Positions 51,762-64,000 of a DNA stretch of 64,000 nucleotides are shown in pieces. How positions within the stretch are numbered: the first letter of the stretch is position 1; every line of letters begins with the position of its first letter. The stretch spans positions 11,570,636-11,634,635 of the forward strand of contig CM082583.2 of the NCBI GenBank assembly GCA_040954595.2, written 5' to 3'. Source of the stretch: Balanoglossus misakiensis (Eukaryota; Animalia; Hemichordata). The notes under the pieces were generated by a model. The model was not told where the DNA came from. It was given only the letters and a program-made list of their open reading frames with translations, and did not search any database. A program made the translations under genes and the position numbers.

Positions 51762-53222
51762 ATGGAAGTCACATCAAACACGACCGAGACTACAACGGCT
51801 TTCGCCGAAATAACCACCGATGGTGAACTTCAGAAGTTTGCATCGGCATTTTCCAGTCTCTCCAACGACAGCGGGAACTCCACTGACTTCTCCGAAGTTC
51901 CCGGAGCGGATGCGCAGAAAGAGACGTTGGCAGTGTTACATCAGTGGACGGTAACAATCACCTTAATAGTTATCATGCTGGGGATGGGAGCAACTTTAAC
52001 TGTGAAAGAGATTTGGTCCATCATTCGGCGCCCTTACGGAGTCATCATCGGCGCCGTGTCTCAGTTTCTGATCATGCCGCTATGTGGTTTCGCCGTGGCG
52101 CACGCAACCAGTATGTCTGCGCCTCACGCAATTGGAACTCTGATCATTTGTTGCTGTCCCGGTGGCAGTTCGTCTAACATCTTTTGCTACTGGTCGGACG
52201 GTGATGTTGTTTTGAGGTAAAGTATACGTAGAGCTGCGTTCATAGACACCTGTGGCAGGAGAATTTTAAGGAAACTCCATCAGCAGTGCAGCATACACTA
52301 AAACTTGTTTCATTTTCCACCCATTTCGAACTTTTGGAACCGATCATTTTGACTGCAGCATAGTCTGTTTTACTTTTTTTCAGCATTTGTATGACGTCAT
52401 GTTCCACTCTATTGGCCGTCGGGATGATGCCGCTATGCCTGTTCATCTACAGTCGCAGTTGGACCGAACCTGGGGGCGCTGTCATACCCTACGCGAACAT
52501 CATGATCTCACTGGCTTATGTCGTTATACCGGCTGCAATTGGTTGTCTTTGCAAATACAAACTACCGAAAGTGGCCAAGTATATCCCTCGGGTGAGTGTC
52601 CTTTTCTTTGTTTCCCTGATGTGAATGTTTTGGACATCGTATAAACATCACCCATATTATGGAGGCCCATAGTAACAACCCTTTAGAATGTTCTGACTTT
52701 TCCTTTTGCCTCTCTTCACAGATTTCCAGCATAATAGCGATGATTGGAATACTGGCTACGGTGGTGTTAGTGATTCTTCGCAGCCCCGATATTTTCGGTT
52801 TAGGCTGGCAGGCCTGGGTGGCGGCTTCCGTTCTTCCCGCCTGCGGATTCTGCCTGGGGTATATCCTGTCCACCGCCTTCCGCCTGAGCCGCCCCAAGCG
52901 ACGCACGGTTGCCCTGGAGACCGGGCTTCAGAACGTCACCCTGGCCATGTCCCTCATCACGATGTCGTTCTCCCCCAGTCGGGATCAGCTCCTCATGATG
53001 ATGGTGCCGGCCTTGTTCGCGTTCTTCATGAACGTCGAAGCTATAATCTTCGTCGCTGTCTATCGCTGTGTGAAGAGGTTCTGTTCCAAATCCACGGAAC
53101 CGGAAAAAGAGGGTGGCGGGGAAACGGTTGCCGAGGACAACGGCATTGCAAGGGCCAGTGTCGATGAGCTGACCCTCGATGAGGTCAAGGGTCAGGATGC
53201 CAAGATACAGAAGAGTGAATAA
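51762..53222 (+). CDS. SLC10-family cotransporter paralog B (exons 51762-52216, 52384-52591, 52722-53222)
   Basis: Same motifs and intron positions as paralog A (CCPGGSSSNIF, RRTVALETGLQN). Confidence 0.95.
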
Positions 53223-54857
53223 TAATCAAATTACATGTAGATGTATATAGAAACCTGTCTAAACCACAGGCGAATCAGGCATTCTTGTTGTGTACAATTT
53301 GCAATTTGTGGAGCAAAAAATAAAGATTTTAGTCGCTTTTTATTTGTATGCATTTTGGACGTGTCGAGAGTGAATGGTCTATTGTGACATGCATGGTTAA
53401 GTTCAGCTTTACACCCATACCAGCGTCCAAATGACCTGGCCGGCTTCACATTGCCTCCCCCCCCCCCCCCCCACACACACGTCACACAAGAAAACAATTT
53501 GAAATCGGTCAGCCCCGATCGAAGTTTGCTCGATTTGGGTTGGTGTTCGGGACAAGAGCCGTGCGCGTTTATTGGCACGAGTTGGCACTTCGGAACTCGG
53601 ACAATATTGTGGTAGGTGTTTTAGAGAATAGGATGTGTTCGTTTGGTCAAGAATGTGGGGTCCTTCTGACGGCGTAAGATGACTAGACATACGTGTGTGT
53701 GTGTTTGGGGGGGGGGGTGCTTACAAGGCTTATTTTTCTCGTACCTGTGCAGTATGGAAACAGCGTTCTTCCATATACACTTTTCCTAGAGCAGGGAGCG
53801 TGGCTTTGTTTCATTTTAATACTCGTTAAAAATTCCCACGCTTCAGTTTAAAGGAATGTTGATCCGAATTCAGTTTCTTAATTCGCGTAGCGATCCGACT
53901 TTTAATAGCGTCTGGGCCAGTGGGATATGCTGGTAACAAAAGAATGTATTCAGATTTAAATGAGTCGACATTTTCCTTTCACAAAGCTGCCTCGTTTTGT
54001 GTCCCGTTCACAGCTTTGTTGTCGCCCAGTAGTATAAAACACCACCCAGCATCTGAACAGATCGCAGCGAACAGCGTGGGTATATATGAGCACCTGGGCA
54101 GATCGCTTGCAAGTTTCCACGTCGGAACTGTCGACTAGGTAAGAATCTCCCGTTTTGTATTTTGCGAAACTAATCTTTGCTTTGCTGCTGAGCGCTTTAC
54201 ATTTGTTTGAAGTTAGAAAGTAATAACTGTTTACAGCAAGCTATCTGTGTCAAGGTATGCATGAACACTTACACACGGGTTTGTGTATAGAGAAGTTCGC
54301 AAATCTGTTACGTAACGAATTACCTTCCGTTTTAAACAGCAACTCGCCACAGACTGGAGGCAAACACCGCACTTTGTCATGCACAAATGGGTCAAATCCA
54401 AGAGTTTTGCAACACCATAGCGCCAAAAAACGTCTTGTACGCTGTACTTTTGGTCCCGAAATTAATTTGATGCAAATTTGACTAAAAATGCCTGAGAAAA
54501 TCTCTCTAACAGTACCCTGTTCACACCCGAAAGAGTTCGATTGTATTTCTCGGCGACCTTGTCACGATTTTTGTTCGAGTAGGAAGATATCGTCGACAAA
54601 AACACTGTTTTCAAATATTACCACAGAAGTGATAGTTTCAGAGTCGGATAATCTTCTTGTATGTTTGTCGGGGTCCTGTCTGTCGCGCCTCGCGAGGACT
54701 CCGTGAGAAAGTGCCCGATAACAACAAGACACCATTTCAAAGAAGAAAAACAGTCATATCACGTGACATGGTCCCCTCTCTCATCTCTCTTTGTCTCCCT
54801 CTCCCACCCCTCCCCTCTCTCTACAGTGTACCACAACACACATAAAGACAGGTCAAC

Positions 54858-56700
54858 ATGGACACTATTGAGATTGTTAACACGTCCCTCAACAACTCGA
54901 CGGGCAATGGCACGTTCATGCCACTACCGAAGCCCGATCGCGCTATTGGCCTTGCCAACCAGATTCTGGTGACATCTTCGCTGGTCTTCGTTATGCTCGG
55001 TATGGGCTGCACCATTACCTTGAAGGGACTCTGGAAGTACATCAGAAGGCCTTACGGCGTGACCATTGGTGCAGCATGTCAGTTCATCCTGATGCCGTTG
55101 GCCGGGTTTGGCTTTGCCCACGCGTTGCAGTTGGAGAGCCCCCAGGCGCTGGGTACCCTGATTATCAGCTGCTGTCCCGGAGGCACGCTGTCCAATTTGT
55201 TCTGCTACTATTCAGATGGTGACGTTACGCTGAGGTAAGTCGTCATCATATCAACATTGTTCCTTGTACCATAACTTGTTAATTCACTTCGAACAACTCT
55301 CCACTCGTGTCCACATCGGGCGTTTGTAATACCAAAGATGCAAGTTTTGGTGTGACTCCTAAAAAAGAAAGGGACTTTAGCTATAATTATAATATCTTCA
55401 TTTCTCCATCTAACAATGTTGCTTCTGCCGTCATCTCATTTGCAGCATCCTCATGACGACATGCTCCACCGTCTTAGCCATCGGGATGATGCCGCTCAAC
55501 CTGTTCATCTACAGCCGGAGTTGGACGAACGAGTCGACGGTGGTACCCTACACTGACATTGTGTTGGCTCTGGTCAGCATCTTGGTGCCGGCGGCTGTCG
55601 GTATGCTGATACGCTGGAAGTCGGAAAAGGTTGCCAACATTACACAGAAGGTTAGCGACTGCTTCACTTCTTGAAGTCAACTCCTACAAAGAAGCATTAC
55701 AGTTATGGTCTGTTCCATTGTGGTTCCTGTCATTCGACTATCGTCTAATCTTATGTTTGTGTCTCCATAGGTATGCAGTGCGATTGCCATGACGATCATC
55801 GTGGCCAGCCTCACTTTACAGGTAGCAACCAACGCCACCCTCTTCATCGCTACTTGGAAACCCTGGTTCCTGGCGACCTTCCTCCCGATGTTCGGCTTTA
55901 TGCTGGGGTACATAACATCAATAATCTTTCGTCTCGACGAAGCCAAGCGCCGCACCGTTGGATTTGAAACCGGCTGCCAGAACGTCGCCCTGGCTCTGAC
56001 CGTCATCAACCTGTCGTTTCCGCCGGGGCTGGCAGTGTTTCAAATGATGGTCATACCGAGTCTGTTCGGAATATGCATGATACTCGACTCCCTTCTGTTC
56101 TTGATAGCATTCCAGCTCTACACGAGGGTGAAGAAACGCCGGGCGTCGGCAGGGGACGAAACCGACAAAGTCGACGAACAGACAAGGGACGGAGAACCTG
56201 AGAGCGGTCGGAAAACCAGCATCCCCACATTCAGTTTGAATGGTGACGTCACCGTGACCGGCGAAATGCCATATTCCACATACGAAGATGACAATGATAA
56301 CCGGCCTAATTTCAAGCGGACAGCTTACTTGGCCCCGGGTAAGGAGAACTACGCCAACGGGTTTCATGACCCGAATGCCAGGGAAATTTCAACTCAGACG
56401 TTTGAAGAGGAGGGCGCTGACGGAATGTGGGATATCATTGAGCCAAGAAAGTGGAAACAACTGTGCGACGACCACGAGACTATAGTTCGCGCGGGACAAC
56501 CTGGCCTGGTGTATGCTGATGGGATCCCAAACTACGGCGCTGAAGTTGATGGCGTTGCCATGGCTACACCAGTCAGGAGGGGAGGCTCAAATACGAATAC
56601 CCCGTCTTACACCAATTATGCCTTTCAACAGGACATCGACCTTTCCCGGACGCCGTATCTCCTTGGAGACGGGAGGGTTGTCTGGGAGAGTAGCATATGA
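54858..56700 (+). CDS. SLC10-family cotransporter paralog C with a long cytoplasmic C-tail (exons 54858-55234, 55446-55650, 55771-56700)
   Basis: CQFILMPL, CCPGGTLSNLF, MTTCST and RRTVGFETGCQN, with the same intron positions as A and B. Probable 5'UTR intron (donor GTAAGA ~54139, acceptor CTACAG ~54826). Confidence 0.95.
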
Positions 56701-57426
56701 ACTCTGAATGTGGCCGGCATAGTCTCGGGCGAAAGTTACAGTGCCCTTGCAGAGATTTGGGTAACTGACCGAAACTGCACACGGTTCATCTATATATACT
56801 TAATCACTGCACTGCCTATTAGTACGACATTGAGAAGACCCGATTAAAAAAAAAAATATAAACATAAACCTGTTTGCTTCGATGTTTTAGATGAGTGTAT
56901 CTCGTTGTTACTACGACTTTTAACGGGTTGCATTTTAACGATATTATGACATTAAGAGTGAGATTTTAAATGATATCTCTTTTTGTTAAGTGCCTTGTAT
57001 TGATCTAAGGTTGTTCTGAAGTCGAGCTATATACAGTAAAGGCAACCCGTACACGTATATGTCAATTTTACAAAAAAATGTGACGTTTTGTCAAATAAAC
57101 AGTATTTCTACACTGGCAATTCTCTTTGTATGGGGAACTTCAGCAAATAAAAGCCGATTCAGCGGCAGTGTCTTCGTGATTTTCACTTGTTTGTTCTTTT
57201 TTTCACACAAGTTCACTTTTCCCCTACATCTGTTGTCTCCCCCGCGACAGCAACTTTGCCGTCCATTATAGGATCCTGCAGAAACTGGGCATGCCAGAAT
57301 AGTCCCGACAATACTCAGATTCATATGAAGACAGCTACAATATTTCTGTTCCCGGCTGGAGTTTTTATGTACATGTACGTTGATTCCCCAAGCCTCGAGA
57401 AAACAATAGGCCAACGCTCTTTTCTG

Positions 57427-57466
57427 CTAGATGGCGCTGTCTGCGCGTCTGTTGCTATGACGTCAC
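57427..57466 (+). promoter_or_regulatory. Candidate promoter of the coiled-coil gene: CTCF/YY1-like CTAGATGGCGC and overlapping RFX half-site/CRE GTTGCTATGACGTCA
   Basis: The motifs lie 150-190 bp upstream of ATG 57616. TGACGTCA is at 57458-57465. Confidence 0.5.
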
Positions 57467-57615
57467 TTGACGCCATGTTAGATGCCTATGTTTTGATCAG
57501 GGGCATGTAGATAGAGAACACCAGTCTCGGTAATATGCTGCTACAAAGACAACCTCAAAGATCTACAATTAACAAATTATAATGTGACACTAACTGGTAT
57601 TTTAACTCTGTAAAC

Positions 57616-60051
57616 ATGGGAAACGGGGCGAGTAGCCACGTTAAATCCATCAAACCGAAGCGCAACCGGGGACAGGACACTGTCAGTGGAACTCTTCGAG
57701 ACAGGTAAGGTTCAGACCTTAATTTTCTCAAAACCCACAGAGAAATGTAATCCCATCATGGTTAAGGAAGTATGACATTATTGATTTTCCTAATCTGTAT
57801 CTGTAATATTTTTTAATACAGACGATCAAACTCAGATGGCTTTATCACTGACACACTCAGTTCAAGCAAATCAAAAGTAAGTACATACACTCAAAGTGAG
57901 TTTACTGGCAACCTCTCTCAGAGTTCATCTAACCGTGATCTCAATTATCCTGCACAGAAATTCAAAGTATTAGAAAGAACCGGTGTTTGAACCCCGGTAA
58001 GATTGTTTCTGTGAACTGCTAGACAATCGACACAACAATCAAATGTCTGAGGGCGAAATCTATGATGCTGCAACTTTTCCTCATTATGTAGGTTGATCTG
58101 CTGCAGCAACAGTTGCTGGAATGTCAGGAAATGCTGGCAGCAGCGGAAGAGAGAGTGGAAAAGGGAAAAATACTGGAACAACAGGTACGCCACTTTGCTA
58201 AGTCCTATCTCAGTCACTTCATGGAATCTTTCTTTTGTTATTTACAAATCTTCCTTTGAACGATTTGAAGGAACAAGTCATGATCAATCAAAATGATGGG
58301 AGGAATCTTGACAACACTGCAACACTCACACTAAGAAAATTTACCAAGTAATTTTTTTACAGATAGCTGAGGTTGAAGGACAGAATTTTGAACTTTCCGA
58401 TAAAGTGACCTCCTTAGAAGAGGAGGTGCAAATGCTGAGGCGTGAAAATGAAGAACTGAACCAGGAAGACTTCACAGAAACTGTGAAAGCCAAGGACCAG
58501 GTGAGTTGCAAGATGTCTCTACAATGATCTAAACTGTGTTAGTTAAAATTTACTGCAAAATAACCTTGTTGCAATTTATGTTGCATCGAAATACTAATCA
58601 CCTTGTTTTTGCTCATGACATCACACAGTACATTGATCAATTGGAGAAAGAATCTGCTGATATGCAAGGTGAAATAAAGAAACTGGTAAGTAGCGCCCTC
58701 AAGTGGCTAAACTGTCTTACCCAGCAACATGCTCAATGTCATGTACATGTAATCCAATAACCCTTTAAGTAAATGCCTGATGTTCTGATTATTTTGTAGA
58801 GAATCAAAGCCAGAAAGAGAATCAAGAGTGCACAGACTCAGTTGGCGGAGAACAAACAAGAAACAGCTCTGAAGATTTACAGCTTAAAACAAGAGTTATC
58901 TCAACTTGAAGAGGAGAAGGCAAAACTGACACGTATGTATTAGCATATTAGATGTTGAACCATGTAGCCTGTGTGGTAGTGTTAGACATAGTCTATTTAG
59001 TCTCTGTAGATGACGATTGGGCTTTGTCTGTTTTTCTTCAGAACGTCTTGATAGAGCCAGCTCAGCAACCAAGTCCCGGCAGTTTTCAATGAAAACAGAA
59101 GAAGCAAAGGAGGAGGAGATTGATTCGGAATATGAGGACAGTCGGATGAAACTAATCCTGGAACTCTCAACCCAAGTATCGCAACAGGACGAAAAGATCA
59201 ACCAGCTCGAAGAAGAGCTGGCCTCTAAAGATAAGACGATCCAGGAACTGCAGAAGTTGCAACCAAGACCCCCTAGTGGAACTAGAAAAAGCTCAGCATC
59301 AAAAGTCTCTAAGGAGACACGGCTGGGTGAACTTAACCGACCTGGCAGCGGGGATACAAATCTGAACAAACTCAGAGAGTCTTCCGGTGTTAGTCGACGT
59401 AGTGTGGTGTCCAGGGATGGGGTTTCTGTGGACGTTCTGCCAGACCCAGATTCTGGAATCGCAGTAGATGAGAGAGTTTCGTCTGGGTCGTCAAGGGACA
59501 CACTTGATACAGCAGCTGTGACTGATGATGTCAGTTCTAGTAGGAGAAGGAGACGGAATAAAAAGATGGAGAAGCAAGTGTCTGCTGACTGTGTGGATGT
59601 CAAGACATCACATGACAATACAGCAGATGGAATCGGTGGTAACACTTATAGACAGAACTCTGCAAACACTCAGGCATCTGGAGATTTAGCTTCATTAGAG
59701 TCAGAGTCCAGACAGGGCAGCGGTGGTGCACGTCGGAAAACTAAAACTCACAAAGATGATTTTAGTACTGAGCTTGATCCCAAAGGTCAGAGGTCGTCGG
59801 CTAGAAGCAAGCCGCACTCAAAGCCGAAAGCCAAGCTGGCGGCCAATTTCTCCAGTGTTGGGGACGATCCGTACGATATCAATGATTTTCTGAATGACTT
59901 TGATAACGGTGAAACAGAGGGTGGATACTTTGAAAAGCGATCGTGGAAGAAAGGCAAAGCTGCAAGTCTGTCTTCTGCAGACCCCGAGAAAACATATTTT
60001 GATGCGGCCATAGATGTTGACTCTGCTCAGCAAGAAATATCTGTTCCATAA
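57616..60051 (+). CDS. CCDC192: Coiled-coil protein, CCDC192-like, 7 exons, with an N-myristoylation-type start and a long low-complexity C-terminal extension
   Basis: Start MGNGASS. Heptad-rich exons (LLECQEMLAAAEERVEK, ETVKAKDQYIDQLE). LILELSTQVSQQDEKINQLEEEL resembles the LIMELSTQVS motif I recall from vertebrate CCDC192 (not search-verified). AATAAA at 60061 and 60141. Confidence 0.75.
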
Positions 60052-62767
60052 CTCATTTACAATAAAGACTTTTGCTATTGTCATGTTGTGATTTTGTCCT
60101 CCTACTTCATGTCACTGTGTAAAGTTTTGATATTTTCGAAAATAAAACAATTATTTAATCTATCTTATTACTGTCATTCTTGCATTGTACTACAGTAAAA
60201 CCTGTCTAAACCAAACTGTCTAATCTGGAAACATCTTTTCTTATCTCTATAAACTGGATACCTCTATAAACCAAATAATTTCTTCAGTCCCTTTGGTGAT
60301 ACTTCATGACGTGTGTGGCATGATTATTGCAATCTGCATGTTGTCTATTCTCTCCCTGAGTTGTAGACCTTTGTTTGGTTTGTAGTGTTTTGCTTTGTTT
60401 ACCCTGCGCATTATTCGACGACAAGGTACACTCGGAGGTCTTGGACAATGACCACGAACTATGCACATACACAGACGCTTGCAGTGTTGTGATAGCCAGT
60501 AATATCTTTAGCTCTTCTACTGGAGACGATTGGCCCGGGTCATTGCACTTCTCTGGCCATTCGCCGCAATAAACATGCTAAAGTTCATGTTGTAATTTTA
60601 TTTCTGCCCCCAGTAAACTCGTTTTGGTCATCGTACGCTTGCACGGGTCGTTAGAGTGTCCCCGTGGACGTATGGTGTCCTTCGCGCGCTGTCTGTACCA
60701 GTCTCGCAAAACGCCTCTTCCGTTCACATGTTTTGTTCTCTTCGGGAGTTGTTGCTATGCCAGGAACGAGAAAACACGTCTACTTGACATCCATACCGAA
60801 AGAGCTTACTTTCCCTCTTCTCAGAATTATAACTGCATGATATTATTAAAATGAACGCGAGACATCGTCACTTGTAATATGAGAGAAACAAAATAAGGAT
60901 CACAGTCGCATGTATGGTGACACGCCAAAAGTTTTCCCTCAATTATCGACTAAATTCATGGCCCCATATTGTTGTTAAAAAGCGCACCAGAACGAAGAAA
61001 ACCACTTTTTGTTTTCTTTCAATCCAGTAAAGTGTATCTCGCAAAGAATGTTCTTATCCAAAATATTAACAAAATTGTCGGAATTAAACAATACCGCAAA
61101 AATTCATGAAGTTCTTCTGCAAAATTTATGAGGATGATTTTCTCCACAACAAACATATGATATGGTGATTGGGAAGAGAAACACAGGACTGTTATTTCCG
61201 CCCGGGTTTTCATTCATCTTGCAAATATTTAGCAAGTGGAACATTTTCATGTCTTGCGTTTGTCAACTTTCGATGACTGTTGATGATATGACCAAAAACT
61301 GTTAGGCGCATACAACTCAACCATAACCAAACATCTTCGGGTACCGGGTATCTACGTGACAGAATTGCCAATGAACAGGTTCAATGGCGGTCACTCCACA
61401 CTCCACTGACCATCTTTGACAGAAGAAGAACTTGAATACGAGTACATTGTACTTTCTATGAATACATATAGGTCGTTGAAAGTTCAAGCACAGACCTTCG
61501 TTTCACCATAACCATAACGTACTTTCAAAATATATCTTAAGATTTTAAGAAAACCCCTTGGATGATCCAAGACGTTTGACTAAAATCTTAACACCAGAAA
61601 CAAACCGCAAACATTCCAAAGATTGTATTGATAAATTATCTGGATATGTCTATGGTTTATCAGTTGGACAGTTTGGATCTACAAAGAGAGGGATTGGCAT
61701 AATAATATAAGCATAGACACTCAATGTCATAAAGCAACCACGATTCACTGCATTGGCGGACACCCTATTGCCCTTTCCTTCATGGATTCCTTCGACTTGT
61801 TTTTATACTACGTGTATACCGAGAAACAAAACAAGATCTTTTAACTTCTTTGTGCGCCAAGAAGATCCTTGAAAATGAATGGGTTTGTGAAAAGGGGATT
61901 TGCCTATTGTTCATGTCCTTCCCATTCAACAACCTATCATCGGAAAAGGCATGTATCATTTTCAGTGGAACCCTTATGGAACTGACCGCATTCAATGTGG
62001 AAGTCAATCTGCGGTGTGCGGGATTAACCGCAAGTACTTCTAGTGATAATTGGAAGACGCTTATTCTTTGATCATCATCATCATCATCATGGATGCATTC
62101 TTGGCTACAAGTCACTAACCATAGACCCTGTTAGTATCTAGGGTATATGCTTGTGTGATTGTTCATTTTAATAGTATTAATTAATGATTTCGCCCAGTAT
62201 TATCGCCGTGCCGTCGTCGTGTCGACATCCGTATTCAAGCCGCCGATAAGATTGCCAAGAAAACCTTTCATCGGAGACCGCTCTGTCAGTTCCCACCGGA
62301 AGCCGACTGTGCGTGTTGACTTATCAACTGACCAATTTCCCAGAATCCGAGCTCCATGAAGTCGTACGCATTGTTTACCACTTCCCGTGAATACTTAGTA
62401 GGCTGTGCACACAGTAGACAATGCGCAAGAAGCCCTGCAATACAGACTTGACGTCTTTTGGTATCATCTAACAAACATCATGACGTCATAAGATTGTAGT
62501 TCCAAAAAGTTTACTTAACCGTATTACTTTTCGCTCAATAATAAATTAATACGCTGCGCTCATTGCATGAATTTGATCTTTCTACATAGTTTTATTACCA
62601 CAGATACTTTATTGTTCCTTAAAAAGCAAGTAAGATTAACTGTAAACATTTAAGAGCTTGTTCTTTTGTTGACTAATACTGTTTTGCGTATAATTCAATC
62701 AAAGTAGTGCGCGTAAGTATAATGGTACAACTGCGAAAACAACAGTGATTAGGCTGAGCCCAAACAC

Positions 62768-62774
62768 TATAAAA
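62768..62774 (+). promoter_or_regulatory. TATA box of the alpha-2-macroglobulin-like gene
   Basis: TATAAAA about 100 bp upstream of ATG 62870. Confidence 0.65.
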
Positions 62775-62869
62775 GCGTCGTCTGCAACTTTTGTGAATTA
62801 GTTCGGTACAACTACTGCAGTGGGCAGCGCTGATAAAACTTTATTCTCGCAGCTAAAGGTCTTTGCAAC

Positions 62870-63784
62870 ATGCATCCCGTTGCAGGGTTCATCCTCACAT
62901 TGCTTCTGGCCATGAAGGTCATGGCTGATAGGTAAGCGAGAATCGATATTTTTCATTTTTTGCATGGAACTTTGGTAGTCAGTTCTGTTTTTGAAAAATA
63001 TGCAAATATGTTTGGGCATATGAATAAATGAAATAAGCAAATTGTGCATCCAATGTTACGCTATAGAAATTGACGTCAAAACCAGTTCCCTTTTAAATTA
63101 AATCAAGCCATGATATATGCCAGCCAGCATGTTGTTACTTATTTATCCAGGTGTAATCAGTGTTCAAGCAGTAAACGTGGCTAATCGTGATGATCGTTGA
63201 CCCCTGCTGAGTGCTGTTTGTATTTCTGACTATTTTGGAGCCAAGGGTGCACATCAAATAATATTATTGATAGCTAGTTCTACCTAACATGATGCATTTT
63301 TAAACAAAGATTGATTACACTTTGAGTGTGCAAGTTTGTGTGTATGTGAAATAACAAAAATTTAAAATATAAAATTATTACATTTTTATAAAATACAGCA
63401 AAATGTGATAATGTATGCATGTGTCAACATTTGAACTAAATGTCAACGAACTAGTACAGTGTTTGTTGATTGAGTCCCAGCTAGTCCATTTTTTACACTG
63501 AGCTGAGTTCAATGATTGTTCTCTCATACTCAATACTCTTTAAAATTAAAATACATGTATATAAACGTTTTACAGTAATTATCTTATCTATTTTCAGTGG
63601 TTACATCATCACTGCTCCAAAAGCCATGGTGGCTGGAAGTGTAGAGAAAGTGTGCGTGACTCTAATAGGAGTGGAAGAGGATGTTCTCATTACTCTCACC
63701 TTGTCCAGAGATGGGGATGAAGCAGAACCCATTGTCAGCAAGGAATATACTGTTAATTATCTTGATACCTGCTTGAGTTTAGAG
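62870..63784 (+). CDS. Alpha-2-macroglobulin / thioester-protein family gene, 5' portion (exon 1 62870-62931, exon 2 63598-63784); continues beyond the window
   Basis: Signal peptide MHPVAGFILTLLLAMKVMAD joins in phase 2 to SGYIITAPKAMVAGSVEKVCVTL...DTCLSLE, which matches the MG1 start of A2M-family proteins (Y...P......EK.C..L). Confidence 0.85.
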
Positions 63785-64000
63785 GTTCGTATTGTGATAG
63801 TCTACACTCCTAAATTCTATAGTACATAACTACAGGACTAACAACTATATGAATACATGTACTCAATTAAAAGAATCTAAAATAGCTGAAGTAGTGTTAT
63901 AAGTGAGCGAATTTCCCAGGCCTTTCTATACTGGAGGATTATTATCACTAATATCAGATATTAATGAATTATGGGCTTTTTTTGTCCACCAGATTCCAGA

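Noticed and set aside
58896-59645. 249-aa minus-strand ORF, and similar antisense ORFs over the GPCR, ALP and SLC10 exons
   Set aside because: These are shadows of real coding exons on the opposite strand.
61780-62115. Overlapping 111-aa and 73-aa ORFs upstream of the A2M-like gene
   Set aside because: No recognisable motifs; the poly-Asp run comes from an (ATC)n microsatellite.

Overview
Eukaryotic (metazoan) genomic DNA with GT-AG introns. The gene set and style suggest a marine invertebrate, possibly a deuterostome, but that is inference. Positions 1-13.4 kb are a highly homogeneous 87-bp AT-rich tandem satellite of about 154 copies. It has higher-order variant structure, a probable PacBio adapter/barcode remnant near the window start, and grades at its right edge into about 3.5 copies of a related 86-bp repeat. 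The remaining ~50 kb is gene-dense: an intronless orphan class A GPCR (GPR161-like), cyclin B (minus strand, 8 exons), two divergently oriented alkaline phosphatase paralogs flanking an NRF-6/OACYL-type membrane acyltransferase gene, three tandem SLC10 (Na+/bile-acid symporter family) genes, a CCDC192-like coiled-coil gene, and the first two exons of an alpha-2-macroglobulin-family gene. The best leads are an 89-bp perfect inverted identity between otherwise diverged phosphatase paralogs (gene conversion), strong enrichment of the palindrome TACATGTA with one case that looks like an insertion, a vertebrate-like CCAAT/CCAAT/CHR cyclin B promoter, an RFX X-box cluster around the GPCR, and a possible gut-epithelial ALP-NRF6-SLC10 cluster. 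I could not demonstrate a wholly new biological system from sequence alone. All gene models were spliced by eye and no database searches were run.
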